Shown one piece after another: positions 9,073 to 18,833 of a DNA stretch of 64,000 nucleotides (its first letter is position 1; every line of letters begins with the position of its first letter). The stretch spans positions 384,001-448,000 of the forward strand of contig CAWDKY010000015.1 in NCBI GenBank assembly GCA_963802945.1, written 5' to 3'. The notes below the pieces were generated by a model. That model was not told the origin of the DNA, searched no databases, and worked only from the letters and a program-made list of their open reading frames with translations. The position numbers and the translations under genes were made by a program. Source of the stretch: an uncultured delta proteobacterium (GTDB lineage Bacteria; Desulfobacterota; RBG-13-43-22).

Positions 9073-10575
9073 CTACCGTCTTTTCTTGGTCTTCTTGAAG
9101 ACCTCTATCCCGGCCTTCTCTTCAAGAGGGCAGACGTATTCACAAACGCCGCAGCCGGTGCACAATTGGTCGACCACGTACGGTTTCTTAAGGGTGATCC
9201 GTTTTCCCATATAGTTGACCTCTTCAACCGACTCGAACCTTATCGCCTTGTCGGGAATGGGGCAGTGTTCCTCGCAGACCATGCAGTTCATCTTCTTAGC
9301 ATAAGGCAGGCATTGATTTTTATCGAAAACGGCCAGTCCGATGACCGCTTTTTTCTTGACCTCCAGGGGCAGTCTCGGTATCGCGCCCGTGGGACAGACC
9401 TGTCCACAGAGGCTACAGTTGTATTCGCAGTAACCGAGGCGGGGATGGAGGACAGGCGAATAGAGACCATACAGACCCGCCTGGAGGGAGGCGGGATAGA
9501 GGGCATTCTTCAGGCAGACCTTCATGCACTCGCCGCACCTCACACACCTTTGTAAAAATTCTCCTTCATCCTTGACGCCAGGAGGCCGCAGCAATCGTGT
9601 CTCCCTCTCGGCTGACACTACGGTGAAGATCTGCGAGGCAAAAAACCCCGACACAACCCCGGTCAAAAAAACCCGTCGGCCGGGCGAGAAAAGGGGCTCT
9701 TTCCCGGTCTTCAGGGAGGGCAGGAAGCTCACGCGCTGAAAGGTGCATTTTCTCTGACAGTCGAGGCAGAGGATGCAATCGGGCTTTTGCAAAATTTCCT
9801 CATCGAAAGTAGTGGGACAAAGGGTCCGGCAGTCGCCGCAGTCTGCGCAGAGCCTGGCAGGAAGCCTTCTGAAGATGGAAAAGCGACCGAGAAGCCCCAG
9901 GAGCGTGCCGAGGGGACAGAGATTCCGGCACCAGTTTCTCCGCTCGAACCTCTCCAGTACCAAGACCGCTGCAAAGATGATAAGCGACAAGAAAGCGAGT
10001 GGGTAGAAGGTCGCTCGAAAAGGGAGCAAGTAGGTCTTGAGAAAACTGTAGCCCGGGTCCAAGTAATCCCTCGAATCTCCGAGGATCCGGTAAATGCCTA
10101 CCCATCCTTGTCTGGCCAGGAAGCCGATGAGAGGGTAAAGGGAGAAGGTGAGGAAGCGGACGAGGATCGCCATGGGATCGAAGAGACCGGAGAGGTTCAT
10201 GTTGAAGAGGGCTGCAAAAAGAAGGGTGAAGAGCAGATAATATTTGAGCTTGCCTTTGAGAAAGGAGAGGGGGCGTCCTTTCTTTATCCGTTTGGTCACC
10301 AGGTCTATGACCGTACCCAGGGGGCAGATCCAGCCGCAAAAAAACCTGCCCAGGATGAGAGAGAACAGGAGAACTAAAAGGCCGGGCAGGAGAAGGAGGG
10401 TGAAGGTCTTGGCCGACAAGAGGTAGCTCAGGGCCACGAGGGCATTGGCCCGGAAGAAGGCGTTGAGGGCTATGGAAATCTCATCCTTGCCCCGGTAGTC
10501 GGTGGTAATAAAGAGAAAGAGAAAAAGGGCCAGGAAGAAAAGCTGAAAAATGCGGGACAGACTGATCTTCATCAA
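9073..10575 (-). CDS. Membrane polyferredoxin (NapH/MauN-like fused to NapG/MauM-like)
   Basis: GRFFCGWICPLG, WCRNLCPLG, LRPPG, several CxxCxxCxxxCP motifs. Confidence 0.9.
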   Translation of the reverse strand: MMKISLSRIFQLFFLALFLFLFITTDYRGKDEISIALNAFFRANALVALSYLLSAKTFTLLLLPGLLVLLFSLILGRFFCGWICPLGTVIDLVTKRIKKGRPLSFLKGKLKYYLLFTLLFAALFNMNLSGLFDPMAILVRFLTFSLYPLIGFLARQGWVGIYRILGDSRDYLDPGYSFLKTYLLPFRATFYPLAFLSLIIFAAVLVLERFERRNWCRNLCPLGTLLGLLGRFSIFRRLPARLCADCGDCRTLCPTTFDEEILQKPDCILCLDCQRKCTFQRVSFLPSLKTGKEPLFSPGRRVFLTGVVSGFFASQIFTVVSAERETRLLRPPGVKDEGEFLQRCVRCGECMKVCLKNALYPASLQAGLYGLYSPVLHPRLGYCEYNCSLCGQVCPTGAIPRLPLEVKKKAVIGLAVFDKNQCLPYAKKMNCMVCEEHCPIPDKAIRFESVEEVNYMGKRITLKKPYVVDQLCTGCGVCEYVCPLEEKAGIEVFKKTKKRR

Positions 10576-10752
10576 CGAGTTCCTATCAAGCGAATCTGTA
10601 AACTGGGAATTTACACCTAACTTTTTATCAACTCGGGGGCAACAGCTCCTTTGGAGCGATGCCGGATACTGGATTAAATTGCCGATACTGGATGTTGGTT
10701 TTTATTTTTATCCAGTATCAAGGATAAAGTATCAAGTATCAGCTAATTTTTG

Positions 10753-11634
10753 TTAGGCCTTTATTATCCTCACCTTATCCAGATTCATCTCGCCCAGCCC
10801 CCTTTTATAGGCGGTGACCGTGATCGGCACGTCCTGAGGCTTGAGCCCAAAAAGGCCCGTCGCATAGGCATCAGCCGCCACGATATCGGTCGAGGCGATC
10901 ACCTTGTTGACGATTTTCACATCCCGTAGGCTGCCCCCCGTAGGGCCATGGGCCGTGAGGATGCGCGTGGCATCGATCACCACGAGATGGCTTTTGACCG
11001 CACTGTTCACATCGGCCAGGGCATCTTCGATCTGTCTGTGGATAAACCCCCGATCGCCCCCCATGATGCCCATCATGTTCTTCAGTCCAAGGGTCAGGCT
11101 GGTGAGCGAATGGTGCTTGGCAATAGGGACGTTAATGAAAACATCAGCCGTGAGGGCGTCGCTGTAAAGCTCCCATTCTTTCAGGAATGTCCCCTTGAGG
11201 TTTACCTTTTTATAACGTTCCTCCTCCACGTACCTGACGTCCACATTCTTGAGGTCTTTCAAGGCGGCCGGGATGCCGCTGTTTTCGTAGCTCCTTCTCA
11301 TGTCGTTGCAGGGATTGTCAAAGACCTTCACCCTTTTTACGCCTGCCTTGAGGCACTCCTCCGCAATGGCCCTGACAACGGACGGGTGGGTTGTGGCGGC
11401 CTGTTCCGGTTTTCTATCCCAGCCGATATTCGGCTTGACGGCCACTGTATCGCCAACCTTCACGAACCGGCCCATGCCCCCCAGGGCATTGATCGCCTTT
11501 CTCGTTATGGCCCCATAGTCCTGGCCCTCGGCCACCGCAACGACGGGCATCTCCTTGGCCCAAAGACTCTTTAGCAACAATGAATGCAAGGAGATGAAGA
11601 GCCCTGAAAGTTTGAGAAAATCCCTCCTATTCAT
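10753..11634 (-). CDS. DUF362 protein with Tat signal
   Basis: MNRRDFLK, VKPNIGWDR, INVPIAKHH, LGLKNMMG. Confidence 0.9.
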   Translation of the reverse strand: MNRRDFLKLSGLFISLHSLLLKSLWAKEMPVVAVAEGQDYGAITRKAINALGGMGRFVKVGDTVAVKPNIGWDRKPEQAATTHPSVVRAIAEECLKAGVKRVKVFDNPCNDMRRSYENSGIPAALKDLKNVDVRYVEEERYKKVNLKGTFLKEWELYSDALTADVFINVPIAKHHSLTSLTLGLKNMMGIMGGDRGFIHRQIEDALADVNSAVKSHLVVIDATRILTAHGPTGGSLRDVKIVNKVIASTDIVAADAYATGLFGLKPQDVPITVTAYKRGLGEMNLDKVRIIKA

Positions 11635-12240
11635 GGTGCAACCTCATATCTTTGTTTTTAAGACAGAATAACCGACCATCCTGCGCAAAGCGTACAGCGC
11701 GCCGGAACATAGAAGCAAGTATAAGCCCTCATCGCTATGGAGTCAAGACTCCTTCAATAGTCAAGGTCCTTTCCTTGCTTCTCTATCAAGATAAAATCAT
11801 TCCCGATCATATTAATCTGCTGAAACCCTGGAGGGTCCCAATTTACTAATCTTTTGCTTCATTTAATATGGAGTGACTTGTTGACTTCTTCCTTGTTATC
11901 CTCGGCTTGCCATTTTTGGAAAAAGATAAGATTTCAAACAGTAATCGTCAATAAGAGGGCCTTGATATTTATTGGACTTAGAAACGGCAGCGGCATGATT
12001 TAGACCAACTTTGGGATATTGAACAAAGGATGTTAAACAGAAACTGGATAACATGACGAAAGGTATATTATCCAGTCTTATAAACACAACAAAATTAAAC
12101 AGTTGCCTTTTGGAGCATTTTTTACTTTATTGAATATGCTTAAACTTTCTGATATTATCCAGAGAACTGTTCAATAACTTGTTATTTTGAAGATTATACA
12201 GAAACTACTCAATCACTGGTTGCCGCACCAAAGGGAAATC

Positions 12241-12984
12241 ATGAACACGTTGCTGAAGAAAGTACTTCTAAGTTTTAAAAAACCGCCCAAATTAATAGAA
12301 TCAAGGTCCGATACAGAATTCATAGCGCCCGATGTCCCTCTCTCAAAAATTGTTAGCCATCAAAAATGGCAGAAGCACCTATATGAAATCGGCAACAAAC
12401 CTGGCATGAGAGTGTTAGAAATAGGTAGCCGTGAAGTTACTGGCGCATCAAATGCTCGAAATGAGTTTTCCAAAGCAGAGTATGTGGGGTTTGACTATTA
12501 CCCCGGTGATAATGTTGATGTTGTAGGAGATGCTCATAAACTATCTTCCTATTTTGAAGGAAATGAGCGGTTTGATATCGTTTATTCAAGCGCTTGCTTT
12601 GAACACTTTGCAATGCCTTGGGTTGTCGCCACTGAGATTGCAAAAATACTTAAAGTGGGTGGTTTGGTTTTTGTGGAAACTCATTTTTCGTTTTCATCGC
12701 ATGAAAGACCATGGCATTTCTTTCAATTTAGCGATATGGCATTAAAAGTCCTGTTTTCCGAGGCGCTTGGGTTCGAATGTGTCGAGGCAGGAATGTCTAA
12801 CCCAATTGTTGGAAGATTTTCCTCGCTGGCGGATCCCTACTTGAAAAACAAACCCATTGTTGGTCTGTATTGCCACAGTGAGTACCTTGGCAAGAAAGTG
12901 AGAGATGTAGAGAGATTTGATTGGGAACAAATTGATTTAGCAAGTGTTGTAGGAGAAATAAAATATCCAAAACCAAAACCGTAA
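12241..12984 (+). CDS. Class I SAM-dependent methyltransferase
   Basis: VLEIGSRE, YVGFDYYPGDNVDVVGDAH, FDIVYSSACFEH, LKVGG. Confidence 0.85.
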   Translation: MNTLLKKVLLSFKKPPKLIESRSDTEFIAPDVPLSKIVSHQKWQKHLYEIGNKPGMRVLEIGSREVTGASNARNEFSKAEYVGFDYYPGDNVDVVGDAHKLSSYFEGNERFDIVYSSACFEHFAMPWVVATEIAKILKVGGLVFVETHFSFSSHERPWHFFQFSDMALKVLFSEALGFECVEAGMSNPIVGRFSSLADPYLKNKPIVGLYCHSEYLGKKVRDVERFDWEQIDLASVVGEIKYPKPKP

Positions 12985-13020
12985 TTCATCGCATTTGCCA
13001 CATCATCCAACGAAGGTAGC

Positions 13021-13084
13021 GGCTAAACCATCATTGCAGCGGACTCTGCGCCTACAGCCTCCGCCGCTGAACTAAAGTGTTCTC
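13021..13084 (+). other. Degenerate attC-like site
   Basis: GGCTAAAC..TTGCAGCGG...CCGCTGAA..GTGTT; arms pair with one extra base; lies just after the methyltransferase; R boxes imperfect. Confidence 0.5.
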
Positions 13085-13250
13085 ACCGCCGTTTTGCTCG
13101 ATTTCAATCAGTAATCGTCAATTTTCAGGATTCCCTCTTTAGAAGAGTTGTAGGTGTAAGCTGCAAAAAAGGGTCATCTTGGCACTTTCCGTCAACCCAA
13201 CTACTGGTCAGGACAGTTACCAGACATACCGAATGAGTTTCTTCATTATT

Positions 13251-13380
13251 GATTCCTGAGAAGTAACTCACGTTTAAGTGGATCGTCGCAATATGCTGTA
13301 TCCAATTTCCGGTAAATACTGCAAAATATTTTTATGTAAGCCGTCAGTATTTCAAAAAACCGAGTTACTTCTCACGAATC
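13251..13380. mobile_element. 130-bp MITE with 19-bp TIRs and 6-bp TSD
   Basis: GATTCCTGAGAAGTAACTC / GAGTTACTTCTCACGAATC (18/19), flanked on both sides by ATTATT. Confidence 0.75.
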
Positions 13381-13426
13381 ATTATTTACCAGCGTCCCTA
13401 TTTTCACGATAGGGTTCCAGGAGGCG

Positions 13427-14206
13427 TTATTTCCCGCTCACGGCCGGCTCGTAGAAACCTTTAATTCTTTTTCTAAGCTTGGCCCAAGAGTTAGTGATCA
13501 AGAAGCTCTCCTCCATATTATCAACCATGCCTCTGAACTTGTTCATTGGAATAGAAAAGCTAAGGATTTCTTTAGGAACATAAGGCCTGGCTGAAACGTC
13601 AAACAGGCCCAAAACAGCCCTGGGTCGGTCCAGATCTTTTTCTAAATAGGGGTACAAAACAATGGATCCGCACCCGGCCCCAAAAGGAGCGATGACACTC
13701 TCACGCCCTGTTTCTTCAAAACCGGACAAGGTAAAAAGCCCGGACAATACATCCGGGGGTGCATAAAAAATGACCACCTCGACATCGTCCTCCTGAACAA
13801 GGTTATCCCATCTTTTAAAGACAATATACTTGCCCGGGGCCTCATACCAGGGAGATTCTTCCATCAGTTGTTTTACTATTTCCGGAGATTTTTTGTACCG
13901 TTCTCCTTCCATTTTTCCTTTTATTCCGCAGGAAAGGAAATATTCGAAGCCGGGTCTCAGGTCACGAGCATATCCTAGATACCTTTTCCCACCAGCACAA
14001 CCGAACGAATCCCCTCCAAAGCATAAAGACTTCCCTTTTCTCGCTTTATTTAAGACCCCGATGAAGCACTGGTGACCTGTTGCCGGACCCTTGACCAACT
14101 CCCCCCGTCCTTCCTGATCCGTATAATAGAAGGCTATCGGGAGTTCAGCCCCATTAAAATATTTTTTCCACAAACTGAGAAACTTGTCCTTAAATTCTAA
14201 ATCCAT
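13427..14206 (-). CDS. DUF169-family protein
   Basis: CAGGKRYLG, PDVLSGLFTL, APFGAGCGSIV, GLFDVSARP. Confidence 0.8.
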   Translation of the reverse strand: MDLEFKDKFLSLWKKYFNGAELPIAFYYTDQEGRGELVKGPATGHQCFIGVLNKARKGKSLCFGGDSFGCAGGKRYLGYARDLRPGFEYFLSCGIKGKMEGERYKKSPEIVKQLMEESPWYEAPGKYIVFKRWDNLVQEDDVEVVIFYAPPDVLSGLFTLSGFEETGRESVIAPFGAGCGSIVLYPYLEKDLDRPRAVLGLFDVSARPYVPKEILSFSIPMNKFRGMVDNMEESFLITNSWAKLRKRIKGFYEPAVSGK

Positions 14207-14332
14207 GGCACCCTCCTATTGTTTTTGTCTTTTCTCATGTTTCTTGCCCCGCTCACATAACCCCTTTTTCTTCAAGAAACGATATGAATTGTAAAAATTA
14301 AAGATTTTACCCCGTACCCCCTGGTTCGATAG

Positions 14333-14662
14333 TCATTCTGTTTTTAATAATTTCTTTTCCTTCAATAGCTTTTCCACCTGGTCGGCATGCTCTACAGTAA
14401 ATCCGATATCGATCCACTGACCTTTCAGCTTGGCAAAAAAGATTCTATCTCGTTTGGGGCGTTTGAGGTCCAGGGGAAACCAAGTCTTGAAGTTCCCCGT
14501 ACCGTGGATCCTCCACTTCCCATTCCAAATGGTCGGTGTCTTTACGGTTACCCATTCAATATCGACCAGTTGCACAACCTTTTTCTTACCAGTCGGGAAA
14601 TAATAGTGATCAAAGACAATTTCATTCTCAGTCATAGAAATCAGATTGTCACGGTATATCAT
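14333..14662 (-). CDS. Hypothetical protein (cassette-like)
   Basis: GAGGAG RBS directly after the attC-like site; 109-aa ORF. Confidence 0.65.
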   Translation of the reverse strand: MIYRDNLISMTENEIVFDHYYFPTGKKKVVQLVDIEWVTVKTPTIWNGKWRIHGTGNFKTWFPLDLKRPKRDRIFFAKLKGQWIDIGFTVEHADQVEKLLKEKKLLKTE

Positions 14663-14681
14663 CTCGGGCTCTATTCTCCTC

Positions 14682-14746
14682 ATCGAATATTCGCTTAACT
14701 TGCGAACGGGCTTGGTCCCTGAGTCAAGTTGAAGCGGTTATTAGAC
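14682..14746 (-). other. attC-like site
   Basis: Minus strand GTCTAAT-AACCGCTTCAACTTG...CAAGTTAAGCGAAT-ATTCGAT; L arms pair with an extrahelical base; R boxes degenerate but complementary. Confidence 0.55.
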
Positions 14747-14778
14747 AACTGGAATATTTTTATCCTGTCGAGAATTAC

Positions 14779-14832
14779 AGGGAACGGTTCTGATTATTTA
14801 TTATTTCACCTTAAAGAAACCGTCCCATTTAT
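14779..14832 (+). repeat. Hairpin repeat copy 1
   Basis: AGGGAACGGTTC-TGATTATTTATTATTTCACCTTAAAG-AAACCGTCCCATTTAT; supplies the TAA stop of the flavin oxidoreductase. Confidence 0.9.
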
Positions 14833-16751
14833 CCTATCTTTCTTCCTGCGGCAAAGCCTTCCTCAACCGCCTCTAAAACTCTTCTGACCTGAACGGCATC
14901 GCCTATGGCCATGACTTTATAGGGCTTGCCCTCCAGTTGATGGGTCAGTTTGTTTTCCGGATTAGATCCTACGGCCAGGATAACAGTATCGGCGGGAATT
15001 ATTTCTTCTCGGCCGTCCCTGGAAACGAGGATGCTTTTATCTAATATTTCTTTAACCGTGGTATTCACATAGATCTTTACTCTCTCCTTTTCCAGCCCTT
15101 TCAGGAGCAGCTCTCTTGGAATGGCCTCCACATCCTGAGCAATCTCAGCCAGTTGTTCGACGATGGTTACGGTCCTGCCAAGGCTTGCCAAATGATAAGC
15201 CGTTTCTGCACCTACCATACCGCCGCCGATGATTACCGATGTTCGTCCGCATTCTTTTTCGCCGTTAAGTACGGCGTTCGCGAATACCACCTGGCTTTTT
15301 TCAACGCCCTTTATTTGAGGCACTATTGGCACACTTCCCGTGGAAAGGATAACTGCATCCGGCTGCTCCGCATCAATCAGTTCTGCGGTCACTTCCGCAT
15401 TCAGATGAACTTCAACACCCAGTTTATTTATCTGGTTGATCTGCCAGGTCACAAAGGAGCTGAATTCTCCCTTGGCCGGCGGTATGGCCGCCAAATAAAA
15501 TTGGCCGCCCAGTCTGCCTCCCTTTTCGAACAACTTTACCCGGTGACCTGTCTTGGCAGCAATGATCGCCGCCTCCATTCCGGCCGGTCCCCCGCCAACG
15601 ACGACCACTTTTTTCTTAACCCATTTTGGTTCAGCGGACAGCTCATATTCCCTTCCCAGTTGGGGGTTAAGAGAACATTTAATCGGCTGGTATCGGCCGA
15701 GCATGCCTATACACCCCTGCATACAGCCGATGCAGCGGACAATATCCTCAAAATCACCGGCCGCCGCCTTGATGGGCAGCTCAGGGTCGGCCAGGGAGGC
15801 CCGACCCATGGCAATAAAATCCGCTTTCCCGGAGGTCAGGATTGTTTCTGCTACCAGGGGTTCAATAATTCTTCCCACCGTCATTACCGGAATAGTAACC
15901 ACTTTTTTTACTTCCTCGGCAAAATCCACGATCCAGCCTTGGGAAGTGGCGGCACTGGGCGTAATGGCGGCACTGCTTCCATAAACGCCGGCAGATACCA
16001 GGATGACATCAATTCCCGCCTCCTGCAATAAAACAGCGATGGCTTTGGTTTCCTCAATAGTCCTGCCGCCGGGGACATATTCATCCGCGGAGATTTTGAA
16101 GCCCAGGGGGAAATCCCTGCCCACCTTTGCCCTGATATTGGAGATAACCTCTAAGGTAAAGCGTACCCGATTGGGCAGGTTACCGCCGTATTGATCGGTT
16201 CGTTTATTGGAATAGGGCGATAGAAATTGGGCGATAAGATATCCATGGGCACCGTGTATTTCTATACCGTCAAACCCGGCCTTTTGGGTCCTTAAGGCGC
16301 AATCGCCAAATTTTTCTATTGTTTCCTGGATTTCATTTATGGTCATTTCGTGGGGCATGGTTTGATTGATCGGACAGGGTATGGGAGAGGGTGCCCAGGG
16401 TTGTCCGCCGATTACCAGGGGATTGGTCTGCCGGCCGGCATGATAAATTTGGGCGAAAATTTTACTGTGGTATTGATGAACTCTCCGGGTAAGCTCGGCA
16501 TGGCTTTTGATTTGAGCGTCCGCCCATAATCCGGCCAGCCTGGGGAAGCCCCTGCCTTGCGGGTCAATGGCATAATCCTCGGTAATGATCAGCCCCCAAC
16601 CGCCTTTGGCCTTGGCCTCATGGTAGGCAATATATTTTTCAGTAGCCGTACCGTCATCATGGCAATAGAGGGTTACCATGGCCGATACAACCAGTCGGTT
16701 GGTAATTTCCAAATTTCCAATTTTCATTGGGCTAAATAAATTTTTTAACAT
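14829..16751 (-). CDS. NADH:flavin oxidoreductase (OYE family, DCR/BaiCD-like with FAD domain)
   Basis: LFSPMKIG, AGFDGIEIHGAHGYL, CIGCMQGC, VVGGGPAGMEAA, IGGGMVGAE; start reassigned to ATG 16751. Confidence 0.92.
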   Translation of the reverse strand: MLKNLFSPMKIGNLEITNRLVVSAMVTLYCHDDGTATEKYIAYHEAKAKGGWGLIITEDYAIDPQGRGFPRLAGLWADAQIKSHAELTRRVHQYHSKIFAQIYHAGRQTNPLVIGGQPWAPSPIPCPINQTMPHEMTINEIQETIEKFGDCALRTQKAGFDGIEIHGAHGYLIAQFLSPYSNKRTDQYGGNLPNRVRFTLEVISNIRAKVGRDFPLGFKISADEYVPGGRTIEETKAIAVLLQEAGIDVILVSAGVYGSSAAITPSAATSQGWIVDFAEEVKKVVTIPVMTVGRIIEPLVAETILTSGKADFIAMGRASLADPELPIKAAAGDFEDIVRCIGCMQGCIGMLGRYQPIKCSLNPQLGREYELSAEPKWVKKKVVVVGGGPAGMEAAIIAAKTGHRVKLFEKGGRLGGQFYLAAIPPAKGEFSSFVTWQINQINKLGVEVHLNAEVTAELIDAEQPDAVILSTGSVPIVPQIKGVEKSQVVFANAVLNGEKECGRTSVIIGGGMVGAETAYHLASLGRTVTIVEQLAEIAQDVEAIPRELLLKGLEKERVKIYVNTTVKEILDKSILVSRDGREEIIPADTVILAVGSNPENKLTHQLEGKPYKVMAIGDAVQVRRVLEAVEEGFAAGRKIG

Positions 16752-16802
16752 GCCTAGCCTTCCTAAATTATTTAACAGTTTTCTGAAAAACTTTTTTTTA
16801 AC

Positions 16803-16925
16803 AGGTTGCTCAAAAAGGTCCAGATGCGAGGCGCCCGAAAACCCGAGGAATGAGGCGTACATAGCAGTACGCCGCAGTGACGAGGGGTAAGGGCAACAAA
16901 GCAGATGGGCCTTTTTCAGCAACCT
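16803..16925. mobile_element. MITE-like palindromic element
   Basis: AGGTTGCTCAAAAAGGTCCA / TGGGCCTTTTTCAGCAACCT terminal inverted repeats with internal GGCGTAC..GTACGCC hairpin. Confidence 0.7.
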
Positions 16926-16959
16926 TTTAAAAGATCATGAATGATTATCTTAGCCGTTG

Positions 16960-17562
16960 TCATTTCTGAAACTTCGATGGTTTGAGCGCCTCCTGAAGTG
17001 TGGAGGCCATGTCCTGCTCCAAGGTTGCGACCCCTTTGATAACCCAAGGGCCGCCATTCTGCCAGTGAGCAGTAAAGTTGGTAATGGTTTGCCCGGTGGA
17101 AGGAGAGACGGCGAGAATCTCAAGGACCACGTCGGTTCCCCCCTCAACCAGGGCGAGGGAGGAGAAGAGCTTCACTATCGGTCCGAGTTCGCGGACAGTG
17201 ACGAAGAGAACCTGACTGAAGGTGCTCCCATAGACAGCGGCGATGGCAGGAACCTCTGTGGGCAGAAGGTCGATGGATTCTCGGTCGCCTATCTTGCGGA
17301 TGACCCTGACCTGGGCAAAGCACTCAGACGTGGAAAAGAATCGCTCAATCCCGCGCTGGGCAGCGGCCTCGCGGAAGGGAACATTCTTCTGATCGGGGCG
17401 CCACTTCGGACCCCAAAAAACAAGGGCCGAAGCCTGTTGGTTGGGCCCTTGACACAGGGGCTGCTGGGGAGCTTGCCCCGTGATTTGAAAATGCGTGCTG
17501 GCGCAGCCGGACAGCACAAGACCTAAGAGTAAAATCAATTTAACGGAACAGACGATGCGCAT
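16960..17562 (-). CDS. Hypothetical lipoprotein
   Basis: Lipobox LSGC after hydrophobic signal. Confidence 0.7.
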   Translation of the reverse strand: MRIVCSVKLILLLGLVLSGCASTHFQITGQAPQQPLCQGPNQQASALVFWGPKWRPDQKNVPFREAAAQRGIERFFSTSECFAQVRVIRKIGDRESIDLLPTEVPAIAAVYGSTFSQVLFVTVRELGPIVKLFSSLALVEGGTDVVLEILAVSPSTGQTITNFTAHWQNGGPWVIKGVATLEQDMASTLQEALKPSKFQK

Positions 17563-17603
17563 GGAGAGAACCTCAATAACGCACTGGTAAAATTTAAAAA
17601 GAA

Positions 17604-17625
17604 TTAAAGGGGACCTCCCCTTTAT
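17604..17625. repeat. Collapsed hairpin-repeat copy (outer arms only)
   Basis: TTAAAGGGGAC-C-TCCCCTTTAT matches the two outer arms of copy 5 with the core missing. Confidence 0.55.
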
Positions 17626-17635
17626 GCTACACGTT

Positions 17636-18094
17636 TTAAAAAAATATCATGGCCAGCGCCTGGGCAACACAAGCTGGTTTTTCCTGTCCCTCAATTTCGA
17701 TGGTGTGGGTCTGTATCATGAGAAGCCGGTTGCCGGGCTTTTCTTCCAGCCCTGTAAGCACAATCCGGTCACGTATTTTTGCACCGGAAACCACAGGGTT
17801 GAGAAATCGCACCCTGTCCAGGCCATAGTTGATACTCATCACGACGCCTTCCATTTTCAACGGCACCTGATAGCTGAAAAACGGTAAATGGGAGAGGGTT
17901 AGATACCCGTGGGCGATGGTTTGACCGAACGGTCCTTTGGCGGCTTTTTCCAAATCCACATGAATCCATTGATGATCTTTCGTGCTGTCGGCGAATTGAT
18001 TGATCTGTTCCTGTGTCACCTGTGTCCAATCGGATAGGAAAATTTCTTTCCCGATGGACTTCTCCAGACTTTTTAATACCGATGCTAGTGACAT
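17636..18094 (-). CDS. MaoC-family dehydratase (NodN-like)
   Basis: FADSTKDHQWIHVD, GPFGQTIAHGYLTLS, NYGLDRVRFLNPV. Confidence 0.92.
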   Translation of the reverse strand: MSLASVLKSLEKSIGKEIFLSDWTQVTQEQINQFADSTKDHQWIHVDLEKAAKGPFGQTIAHGYLTLSHLPFFSYQVPLKMEGVVMSINYGLDRVRFLNPVVSGAKIRDRIVLTGLEEKPGNRLLMIQTHTIEIEGQEKPACVAQALAMIFF

Positions 18095-18367
18095 GATTCA
18101 TTTCCCCTTTCAGTCTTTAACCTAAAGTCATCATAGCTGATTTAAGACATTTGCACAATACCGTATAATTCGAAAGCGGCATTCATTTTGGACTGTGCCA
18201 CCTGCGCTTATTCACGATTCGATCAAAAAGTTCAGCGATGGTCGAACAGGTCAAAACTCCATTGACACACCATATTGATCTTCATATACTCTCATCATGA
18301 AAAAGTAATGCCTTACCAATATATTCTCAGCGCTTTTTAAGAAAACAATTACACCAGGAGGGTTATC

Positions 18368-18751
18368 ATGTCCGCAATCGAAGAGGCCAAAAAGACTATG
18401 GAAGATTACTTTGCCGCTTTTAACTCAAGGGATGTGGAGGCTATCCGCAGACACCTGCATTTCCCGTTTAGCTGGATTATTAACACGCGTGTGCGGCCTG
18501 TCGCCAAGGCGTCTGAATTCGAATCTCCCACCCAAACACTTATCGAGACCGAGGGTTGGCATCACAGCGCCTTTGATTATATCGAGCCGGTGCAGGTGTG
18601 GGAAAATAAGGTTCACTTCAAGCTGGCTTACAGCCGTTTCAAGGCCGACGGCACCAGATACATGACCCATGAAGCACTCTGGATCGTGACCAAAGTTGAC
18701 GGTCGGTGGGGGATCTGTCTGATGTCCTTGAATATTCCCAAAACCGTCTAA
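18368..18751 (+). CDS. NTF2/SnoaL-like protein
   Basis: GGAGG RBS; YFAAFNSRD start and WIVTKVDGRWGI end typical of the fold. Confidence 0.7.
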   Translation: MSAIEEAKKTMEDYFAAFNSRDVEAIRRHLHFPFSWIINTRVRPVAKASEFESPTQTLIETEGWHHSAFDYIEPVQVWENKVHFKLAYSRFKADGTRYMTHEALWIVTKVDGRWGICLMSLNIPKTV

Positions 18752-18760
18752 TAAATAATT

Positions 18761-18818
18761 AATTGGGCCGGTTCTGATTACTTAATTATTTCGCCTTAAA
18801 GAGAACCGTCCCTTTTAT
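18761..18818 (+). repeat. Hairpin repeat copy 2
   Basis: GGGCCGGTTC-TGATTACTTAATTATTTCGCCTTAAAGA-GAACCGTCCCTTTTAT. Confidence 0.9.
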
Positions 18819-18833
18819 TCTCACAGTTAGGAA

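Noticed and set aside
16752-16922. 57-aa N-terminal extension of the flavin oxidoreductase
   Set aside because: It reads through the MITE-like element; the family-typical start is ATG 16751
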